IMG/VR virus record: IMGVR_UViG_3300010222_000003
Coordinates: 1 to 63,920 of that record
From: a virus
DNA: 63,920 nt
Reading direction: 5' to 3' (one strand)
The notes below the pieces were generated by a model. That model had not been told where the DNA came from. It did not search any database and saw only the letters and a list, made by a program, of their open reading frames with translations. The number at the start of each line of letters is the position of its first letter. Within the stretch, counting starts at the first letter, position 1. Made by a program: the position numbers and the translations under genes. Below are positions 8,606-15,626 of this stretch, piece by piece.

Positions 8606-9943
8606 CTACTTGAAGCCGCTCGGAAACGGACGGAATTGAACCGGAGACCTGGCCTTCAACGCTGAGAATTCGCGGCTATCGACATCCAGGTCATCAGGAT
8701 AGACAAGCATCGGAACGCCATACCCCGATTCATTGTGTCCTGCATACATCAACGCCTGGCTTACACCTTCCTTCAATACGGCTTCGGCGTTGTTTTCACA
8801 TTCGATGAAAAAATCCGCCATAGCCGTAGAAGCGACTATATCAGGTTCACGCTCCGAGGAATCAAACCGCGGTTCTCGGGACACGCTATCAGCACCGAGT
8901 AAGCGGCGAAGGAAGGCAACGACACGTTCGATGAAACCAGCATCGGAATTGTCATCATTCCCGTCTTCGCCTTCGTTGCCTTCGCCCCCGCCTTCGCCCC
9001 CGGTTACGACTTCGATTCCAAGCAACCGCTGGATGTTCGCCGCCTTGTCTATCAGGCTAACTTTCTGAGAACCAGCGTAGACATGACCCACGAACTTCGG
9101 TCGCTTGGTGGTTCCATCACCCATGTACGTTACGACAGGCGAACCGGAATCGCCGCCTTTCGACATTGCCGTAGTCACATACTGATCGGTGCGTTCGATC
9201 TTTTCTCCGCCGCTATACCCCACCCTAACGGTCGCCGACGTGGCTTCAACGGTGCCGCGCGTATAGCCCGACGAACGCCCCGTTTTCTGTACGCCTTGGC
9301 CCTTGGAAACGTCCGTTTCAACACCGTTGATATTGCCGATCGTATGAATCGTGTTCTTTTCATCGTCTCCTACGGAACGCACCGAAGCGTCTACCGGAGT
9401 GCCGTCGGCTAAGGGAACCCCACCGAGATACTGTCCGACCTGATCCCCATTCCCAGGCGGGGTACTGGAAGCATCGATCGGGGAAGGTTGTACGACGGGT
9501 TCGCCGACTTCGGCGTTACCTTCCCGCCCGTAGACGTGCATGTTCGACACCCGGACCAATTGACCTTCTTCGGCCTGTAACCCTGCGGCGCTCGGGTCCA
9601 CAACACGAGCTAAGAGGCCGCCAGTGGCCGCAGTAAGCTCCGCGTTGATTTCCGAGACCCCAGAGACGACAGGGCGGTGCCGGGCCTTAGGGCTTCGCTC
9701 CGAGGCAGAGAAACGATCGGTGGGAACGTGTAAATGCTGCGTATGACACGCCGGGTCGCCGGCTTCGACTACCCGCGTGTTCGTATCTGGATGCACGCGA
9801 TTGCGAATCAGTTGCCGCTCGGGGATTTCATCTTCTGAGCGCCGGGTTTCTACGAAGACGGTTAGATCCCCCGCGTCGTTTCCATCGTCTACGCCCCTTA
9901 CTCCGGGGTCGTCTAACAAGTGGTGGTAGTGTTCTGTAGCCAT
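8606..9943 (-). CDS. Trypsin/chymotrypsin-like serine protease with unrelated C-terminal domain
   Basis: 445 aa with the GDSGSPV active-site motif. A Gly/Glu/Asp-rich linker (GGEGGGEGNEGEDGNDDN) precedes a ~100-aa domain containing the pattern EPDIVA...FIECENN. Confidence 0.7.
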   Translation of the reverse strand: MATEHYHHLLDDPGVRGVDDGNDAGDLTVFVETRRSEDEIPERQLIRNRVHPDTNTRVVEAGDPACHTQHLHVPTDRFSASERSPKARHRPVVSGVSEINAELTAATGGLLARVVDPSAAGLQAEEGQLVRVSNMHVYGREGNAEVGEPVVQPSPIDASSTPPGNGDQVGQYLGGVPLADGTPVDASVRSVGDDEKNTIHTIGNINGVETDVSKGQGVQKTGRSSGYTRGTVEATSATVRVGYSGGEKIERTDQYVTTAMSKGGDSGSPVVTYMGDGTTKRPKFVGHVYAGSQKVSLIDKAANIQRLLGIEVVTGGEGGGEGNEGEDGNDDNSDAGFIERVVAFLRRLLGADSVSREPRFDSSEREPDIVASTAMADFFIECENNAEAVLKEGVSQALMYAGHNESGYGVPMLVYPDDLDVDSREFSALKARSPVQFRPFPSGFK

Positions 9944-9963
9944 GGTTATGTTTTGCGTGTTGC

Positions 9964-10404
9964 TTATTTCCGCGCGGAAACCGCTGCTGCTACCGCCGGC
10001 CGAAACAGTTGCTCATCCGGCGGGGCTGGATTCCCGCTGTATGTGTTCTTTGCAACGTTGAAGACTAAAATCGCAGGTTCGTGTGAAACGCTAAGCTCCG
10101 ATAGCGTGCGGCTTAGATAGGTTGCAAAACGTTCCGCCGAACGCGCTGATAGCGGCCTGGTTTGTCCTGTAGCTTTGCGGCAGTGTAAACAGCGCGCTCC
10201 GGGTGCGTTTTCTCGGAAGTCGCGCCTATCGTATGGACCGTTACGGGATTCGAGCGGCCTTTTATTTCCCTCGTAGTCGTAGTAATAGCGTAACGTGAAG
10301 CAGTTATCACAAGTGCGGTCGTCGCGGCTAACAACGCTAAACACAGTCTCCGGTTCGGTTTCCCGAATGGCCTCATAGGCGTTTTTATTATCGCCGCAGG
10401 TCAT
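9964..10404 (-). CDS. Hypothetical protein with two Cys pairs
   Basis: 146 aa with CDNC ... CLHC. A GTTTTTAG box lies about 26 nt upstream. Confidence 0.55.
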   Translation of the reverse strand: MTCGDNKNAYEAIRETEPETVFSVVSRDDRTCDNCFTLRYYYDYEGNKRPLESRNGPYDRRDFRENAPGARCLHCRKATGQTRPLSARSAERFATYLSRTLSELSVSHEPAILVFNVAKNTYSGNPAPPDEQLFRPAVAAAVSARK

Positions 10405-10442
10405 AAGGTTTGGTACTGTCCGCCGAGGCTAAAAACTTTCCC

Positions 10443-10461
10443 GGCGCTGCGAAGCAGCGCC
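10443..10461 (-). terminator. T1 hairpin copy (GGCGCTGC-GAA-GCAGCGCC)
   Basis: Abuts the stop codon of CDS 10463-10765. Confidence 0.6.
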
Positions 10462-10462
10462 C

Positions 10463-10765
10463 TTAGCCAAACAGCCAGGACAGCGTTGTGTCCCCGAGGT
10501 GGTAGAAAAACCAAACCAAGGACAGCAGCGTTGCAATCATCACCGCTACCAGGATTACGAACCCGAGAAATCCCGCAACTGTCGCGAAGCCGCTGCGGAA
10601 TCCCGGCGGAAGTTTACGAGTAACCCACTTATCAACCGCCGGTTGTATCCGGGTTTCGACCAAAGGAGGGATGAATATCGCTACCAGCAGTGTAGCCGTC
10701 ATTAGAACCGCACTAAAACCGATTGCTACCAGCACTTGTGCCGCCGCTTCCAGGTCTACAGTCAT
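10463..10765 (-). CDS. Membrane protein, hypothetical
   Basis: 100 aa with three hydrophobic helices. ATGA overlap with the upstream gene. Confidence 0.6.
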   Translation of the reverse strand: MTVDLEAAAQVLVAIGFSAVLMTATLLVAIFIPPLVETRIQPAVDKWVTRKLPPGFRSGFATVAGFLGFVILVAVMIATLLSLVWFFYHLGDTTLSWLFG

Positions 10766-11127
10766 GGAGCGCCAAAGATCAGCACTTCGGGGTCATCGTC
10801 CGTTAGTTCGTACGGACAGTGTAGCGGGAAGTCCTGATCGCCTGCGGCCGCTTTGACCGCCGCGACGACCGCCGCACAACATATCTTCCCTTTGGCACCC
10901 ATCGGCGATAGCTTTCGCGTGTCCTCGGAATCGACCGGCTTGGTGTCTTCCGACACGGGTTCCAGTGCGAACACCCCCGCATTTGGATCGCCGGAAACGA
11001 TCAGACGCTCGGGTAGCCCCGACACGGTGCGCCAGGCATCCATAGCTTCGCGCGGCAACCAGATGTAAGTGCCGGCGCTACCCGCGGGAATGCGCACACA
11101 ACTATCGGAATCGTTAATTTCGGACAT
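10762..11127 (-). CDS. Hypothetical protein
   Basis: 121 aa, translationally coupled to the next gene (ATGA at 10762-10765). Confidence 0.55.
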   Translation of the reverse strand: MSEINDSDSCVRIPAGSAGTYIWLPREAMDAWRTVSGLPERLIVSGDPNAGVFALEPVSEDTKPVDSEDTRKLSPMGAKGKICCAAVVAAVKAAAGDQDFPLHCPYELTDDDPEVLIFGAP

Positions 11128-11147
11128 GGTAAAAGGTAACGCCGCGG

Positions 11148-12989
11148 CTACAGTTTAATGTTGCGCAATTCTTGTGCGATTTCTTCGGCGTCAGACGGGT
11201 TCACTTCGTCCCCGTCTACGAAGGCCTGTAGACATTCGGCCGCAGCGTCAACCGATTCCTGAGCCGAACGCCCCCCGTCCGCCGTTATCTCGGTTTGCTC
11301 CGCGTCGATTTCGCCGCCTTCGCCGTCGGGGCCGAAGACCCCATAGTAATCGTTCATGCACTTTTGCCTCTGGTAGTAGGCATCACGGAACGACATGCCG
11401 TTATCTTCGACATCAACGATCATGGCATCGTCCCCGCCACTCGGTCGGAGCGCGCGCCCGATCGTTTGCACGGTTTCGACATCCGACTTCCCGCCGTGCG
11501 CTAAGATAATCGCATTGACTTCCGGCAGGTCAACACCCTCCTTTAGCAGCGTCGAAGCCACAATGTCGATTTCCCCGTCGGCGAAGTCCTGTAGCCGCTC
11601 TTCACGGTTATCGGACTCGGAGGACACAGCTTCGGCAACCGCGTCGGACCCGCGCGCTTCCGCAATCTCGTTTGCAATGTCCGCAATCTGATTTGCGGGA
11701 CTGATCCAGCGCGTGTTGACGATGACCCGGCGGCCAGTCTCCGCTAAGTCAACCGCCTTTTCGGCTATGGCGCTGTTACGAATCTCGGACTCAGCGATAC
11801 AGCGCTTGTAAGCCGTTTGGTAGTGTTCGTGCTTCCCTTCGCGGGTAGGGCCGTCATGGGTGATGCTGTCGAACGCGGGTTTCGCCAGGTAGCCTTTGCG
11901 GATCAGATGCTCGGGTTCAACGCTGTAGACTTCACTACCAACCGCCCCTTCAATCCATAGCTCTTCGGCTTGAACGCGCCGCCAGGGCGTTGCCGAAAGC
12001 CCGATCCGGTAGTGACTCGGGAATAGTTGCCCAACCTTGTGGAACGTATCTGCGGCGCTGGTTCGGTGGCACTCATCGAAGATACTGACGCCGTAGTCCT
12101 CGGGGGCCAGTTCCTTGTCTTCGCCGCCTTCAAGCCCGCGGCTAACAACGCTTTGCATGATCGCCACAGTGACCGGGCCTTCGGACCATTGATCGTCTCC
12201 GATCATGCCGGGTTCAACACCCAAGCAATCGCGGATGTTTTCTGCCCACTGGTATAGCAGTTCCTTGGTGTGGACCCACACGACCGCGCGACGACTAAGG
12301 CGCTGGATCAGGCGCATTGCTACCACGGTTTTACCTCCGCCGGTCGGAATGGCGATAACGCCTTGTTCCTCTTCTTCTGCGGCGTCTACGGCTTCGCGCT
12401 GGTAGTCGCGAAGGTCATGGGAAAATTCCCACGAAAGGGCATGATCGACAGCGGTGCCGCGCGCGCCGCCTTCCGGCCCCAAAACCGTAACACCGAAGCC
12501 GTCAGATTCGAGGATTTCGACCGCACGGTCGATCAGCATGAGCGGCCCCGAACCCGAGCGCCGGAACACGTACTTAGTCCGGGGCGCGCCGGGGTCAAAT
12601 TCGGCTTCGGGGTTCTCGTAACTGAATGCTCGGATCAGCAGGTCGAAGGCATCCTTATAGGCCTCTTGTTCGGATTCCGCCTGATCCAAGTGGAATTGAT
12701 TGCGCTCGGGTTTGCGGACAAGCGTCACGGCACCGGAGCCCGAACTTTCGAACGGTTTGTACTCCGGAGGAATAACCGTATTCAGCGCGTCTTCGATTTG
12801 CTCGTAGGAACGCGGCGAAACGGCAATAGCCCAACTAAAATCATCCAGGTCGTAGTAGGGCTGGTAGCGCGTCACACCCCAGGCCGTTGATTTGACATCC
12901 GACTTCGGAGCGCCTACGATCGCCAGTTTTTCGTCTTTGCTGTACCCATCGTCTTCCGCTTCGACAAACGCAAAGTCGTATTCGGTCAT
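11148..12989 (-). CDS. SF2 DEAD/DEAH-box helicase (XPB/Rad25 or restriction res-subunit type)
   Basis: Motif I IPTGGGKT, motif II IFDECH, motif III GLSATP, motif VI QTIGRALR. Start taken at MTEYDF; an upstream ATG at 13004 is the alternative. Confidence 0.9.
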   Translation of the reverse strand: MTEYDFAFVEAEDDGYSKDEKLAIVGAPKSDVKSTAWGVTRYQPYYDLDDFSWAIAVSPRSYEQIEDALNTVIPPEYKPFESSGSGAVTLVRKPERNQFHLDQAESEQEAYKDAFDLLIRAFSYENPEAEFDPGAPRTKYVFRRSGSGPLMLIDRAVEILESDGFGVTVLGPEGGARGTAVDHALSWEFSHDLRDYQREAVDAAEEEEQGVIAIPTGGGKTVVAMRLIQRLSRRAVVWVHTKELLYQWAENIRDCLGVEPGMIGDDQWSEGPVTVAIMQSVVSRGLEGGEDKELAPEDYGVSIFDECHRTSAADTFHKVGQLFPSHYRIGLSATPWRRVQAEELWIEGAVGSEVYSVEPEHLIRKGYLAKPAFDSITHDGPTREGKHEHYQTAYKRCIAESEIRNSAIAEKAVDLAETGRRVIVNTRWISPANQIADIANEIAEARGSDAVAEAVSSESDNREERLQDFADGEIDIVASTLLKEGVDLPEVNAIILAHGGKSDVETVQTIGRALRPSGGDDAMIVDVEDNGMSFRDAYYQRQKCMNDYYGVFGPDGEGGEIDAEQTEITADGGRSAQESVDAAAECLQAFVDGDEVNPSDAEEIAQELRNIKL

Positions 12990-13040
12990 GGGTTTTCGAC
13001 CCATTTGGGTAGAATACGGGGTAACTAATAAATCTGTCGT
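12987..13040 (-). promoter_or_regulatory. Conserved promoter plus hairpin-leader cassette P1
   Basis: Minus strand reads TTTATTA-N22-TGGGTCGAAAACCC-ATGAC. About 55 nt match 58947-59000 with two mismatches. Confidence 0.65.
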
Positions 13041-13061
13041 TCCGGACTACAGGCCCCGGTG

Positions 13062-13442
13062 CTACGGCACCGCGTCACGGTGTCTCTGGCGCAACTTACA
13101 ACTACACGTCCGGATCGCATGGCGGCGAACCTGGTTTATACCAAGGCCGTAGTAATCAGCTATGGCACTCGGCGAATAGCCGCGGTCGTACAACGCCTGG
13201 ATGTACGCACAGTCGTAATTGTTCAACTTAGTTGTCGAACTAAACTCGTATTCCTCTTCCCGGACTTTCAGATTAGCCCGCTGGAAAGCGGGCCGGCCAA
13301 ACATCTGCTGATCAGCAGTAGCAATCTCCGTAGCCACGCGGAGAACTTCGACATCTTCTTCGGTCAAACCCGGCGGGCCGGAAGCTTCAACGGTCACAAT
13401 TACACTCCGAGTTTTCTTTGACGTGCTTCGAAACGCAGGCAT
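13062..13442 (-). CDS. HTH DNA-binding protein (start uncertain; GTG at 13397 possible)
   Basis: C-terminal GYSPSAIADYYGLGINQVRRH helix-turn-helix pattern. Paralogous in style to the upstream gene. Confidence 0.55.
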   Translation of the reverse strand: MPAFRSTSKKTRSVIVTVEASGPPGLTEEDVEVLRVATEIATADQQMFGRPAFQRANLKVREEEYEFSSTTKLNNYDCAYIQALYDRGYSPSAIADYYGLGINQVRRHAIRTCSCKLRQRHRDAVP

Positions 13443-13824
13443 CCGACACCCCGAACATTTCTGCTAATTCGTACTGGTACATCGATGGACTCAGGTCGTT
13501 CATCAACCGACATTGTTCCGGAGTCACACACCCATAACTGTGCGTGCATTCGCCGTTGTAGTGTACTCCGATGTTCGTGTGACTAACGCCAGTGTACTCC
13601 GCAATAGCGCGTTGTGGGAAGCCTTCGTCTACCAGGTCACGCACAAGTTCACAGTCCGAAACCGAAAGCCGGCCTGCCGGCAGGTCGAACTGCGGATTTC
13701 GTTTTGCAAGGCGAAGACGGTCGTTTGCCGCAGGGGTTTGTCGCCCGTCAACCAGTTGTGCCAGTTCGGCCGCTTCGGACTGACTAACCGACAATTCGGT
13801 GTCGTGGCGGGTCTTTTCCACCAT
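13387..13824 (-). CDS. HTH DNA-binding protein with two HTH-like repeats
   Basis: GFPQRAIAEYTGVSHTNIGVH and YQYELAEMFGVSDACVSKH segments, each followed by Cys-containing stretches. Confidence 0.6.
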   Translation of the reverse strand: MVEKTRHDTELSVSQSEAAELAQLVDGRQTPAANDRLRLAKRNPQFDLPAGRLSVSDCELVRDLVDEGFPQRAIAEYTGVSHTNIGVHYNGECTHSYGCVTPEQCRLMNDLSPSMYQYELAEMFGVSDACVSKHVKENSECNCDR

Positions 13825-13871
13825 ACCACTTCGTCAAAACCGGAAAGGCAAAAATCCGTCGGTTGCGCGAA

Positions 13872-14519
13872 TTAGGAGCTAAGCGCCGCGTCGATCTTTT
13901 CAGCAGTCTTTTCGCCGATGCCTTCGACCGAAGTCAGTTCGTCTTCCGACGCATTGAAAACGCGCCGTGGCGTGCCAAACTCCGAAAGCAACGCTTTCGC
14001 AGTAACGGGGCCAACACTCGGCAGGCCTTCAACCAAGAACCGGGGGCGTTTGTCTTCGGGGACGCTCGGAGCGTCACGAATAGCCGAGGCATCGGTGCCG
14101 CCGCTGCTTGTGCTTTCGGCCAATTTGCACACAAACGCCGCTGTGTCAACATCAGACGGCAGGTGTTGGGTCATGACCCCCATACGAATGATAGCCCCGA
14201 AAGCGCCACTGACGGCTTCCTCCGGAAGCGCGCGAAGGCTCCATGCTTCCCATTCTCCTTCAAGTAGGAGGACCGGCGTCAAGCTTTCTTCGTCCGCAGC
14301 GGCTTTCAACTGCCGAACTTGGGTCCAAATACTGTTTTCCGTTTGAGTCAACCGACCGATGAAATCCGAATACGTTTTTCGTTCAATCAGATACGCGCCG
14401 GCTAAATAATCGCCGGCACCAAGGGCTTCGTAACTAACATCTATGCCGCGCGACTTCCCGGCCGCTTTAACCATGCCGTACAAGTCCGTCGGTTCCCGGG
14501 TATCGACTACCAGGGTCAT
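13872..14519 (-). CDS. ERCC4-type (XPF/Mus81/Hef-like) nuclease with C-terminal HhH2
   Basis: VVDTREP, the GDY...IERKTYSDF signature, and C-terminal GLPSVGPVTAKALL...VEGIGEKTAEKI hairpin-helix-hairpin motifs. Confidence 0.9.
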   Translation of the reverse strand: MTLVVDTREPTDLYGMVKAAGKSRGIDVSYEALGAGDYLAGAYLIERKTYSDFIGRLTQTENSIWTQVRQLKAAADEESLTPVLLLEGEWEAWSLRALPEEAVSGAFGAIIRMGVMTQHLPSDVDTAAFVCKLAESTSSGGTDASAIRDAPSVPEDKRPRFLVEGLPSVGPVTAKALLSEFGTPRRVFNASEDELTSVEGIGEKTAEKIDAALSS

Positions 14520-14656
14520 CGTTCACCTTCGTTTTTGACCTTTGGAAACAGGTCTCCGTAGCCGACTTCATACGCCACCGGCTTTTGCAATTCTATTTCT
14601 AATTCGACTTCGGGCCGCCCGTGATACACCATATTCCAGGTCGGTTCTCGGGTCAT
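14516..14656 (-). CDS. 46-aa hypothetical protein
   Basis: MTREPTWNMVYHG...KNEGER, below the ORF-track cutoff. Its TGA overlaps the ATG of the ERCC4 gene (ATGA). Confidence 0.4.
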   Translation of the reverse strand: MTREPTWNMVYHGRPEVELEIELQKPVAYEVGYGDLFPKVKNEGER

Positions 14657-14687
14657 TTTCTACGCCCCGTCTTCGGACGCTAAGGTA

Positions 14688-15560
14688 TTAGCTCTTCGGG
14701 TCTTCGCCGGTCAACCCTTCCTCTTGGATTTGATACAGCACAGTTCGAAGCGTAACCGGATCGACACCACAAACGTCCGCAATTCGCTTCTGAGAAATAT
14801 CGTCCGTGACGAAGTACAGCGCCCCGGCAACGATACCACACGGGTTCCGCCCGTTCTTAAACGATTCATCCAGTTCCTTAGTAATCCGTGTTGCCCGAAG
14901 CCGGGTGTCCGTATCCAGGTCTAACTTCGTTCCGAACCGGCCAACATATTGTTCCGTTGACTGGATCGGTATCGACAAGTCCATTTTGCGGCGAATATAA
15001 TCGACGGACTGTTTAACCCCGCGCGTGTCCGTATTACAAGCTTCGGCTATTTCTTCGTAGGTTCGTGGCACTTCGTTGATCCGCAGCACAATATAGTACA
15101 AACCGGCTACGCTGGCTTCGATAGACCTGCCGCGGAACGTATGTTTATCGGCAACCTGATCGTACAAAGCAATAACCTGATTAACAAATTCGTCGGGGAC
15201 TTCAAGAATCCCGCCGCAGGTCCGCATTTTGTCATAGGCGACGTGGCGCGTGCGGCTAAATTCGTTGTGTTTGGCGCGCTTGTTCAACCGCTTCATACGC
15301 CGCATTTTAAATTCCTCGGTGCCGTCGTACTCGTCCGGATTAAACAGCGTAACGACACCCCGGTCCAAGTGTTGCCGGTTCCGCGGCGGACCGGTTCGCT
15401 TCTTCCGGTCGTTTTCATCAGGGGTAAACGCGCGCCACTCTTCGCCTTGGTCGATATTTACTTTCTCTTCAAGCACCAAACCGCACTCATTACAGTAGTT
15501 CTCATTATCATCAGCAATTACATCCTCAGAACCACATTCGCTACAAGTAAGCTCAGGCAT
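14688..15560 (-). CDS. tfb: Transcription initiation factor B (TFB/TFIIB) homologue
   Basis: N-terminal Zn ribbon CSECG-x15-CNECG, the DQGEEWRAF B-reader-like motif, and two cyclin-like repeats (RGRSIEASVAGLYYIVLR; GRNPCGIVAGALYFV). Confidence 0.9.
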   Translation of the reverse strand: MPELTCSECGSEDVIADDNENYCNECGLVLEEKVNIDQGEEWRAFTPDENDRKKRTGPPRNRQHLDRGVVTLFNPDEYDGTEEFKMRRMKRLNKRAKHNEFSRTRHVAYDKMRTCGGILEVPDEFVNQVIALYDQVADKHTFRGRSIEASVAGLYYIVLRINEVPRTYEEIAEACNTDTRGVKQSVDYIRRKMDLSIPIQSTEQYVGRFGTKLDLDTDTRLRATRITKELDESFKNGRNPCGIVAGALYFVTDDISQKRIADVCGVDPVTLRTVLYQIQEEGLTGEDPKS

Positions 15561-15626
15561 GTCTTATATATCAATAGCTACCGCGTAAATAAAAAGGCTC
15601 GGAAGAAATAACAGAAGGTAACGGGC

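Noticed and set aside
13062-15560. Lysogeny module (integrase, attP, repressor).
   Set aside because: No ORF shows tyrosine or serine recombinase motifs and no tRNA-derived att-like sequence was seen. The HTH proteins alone do not support a temperate lifestyle.
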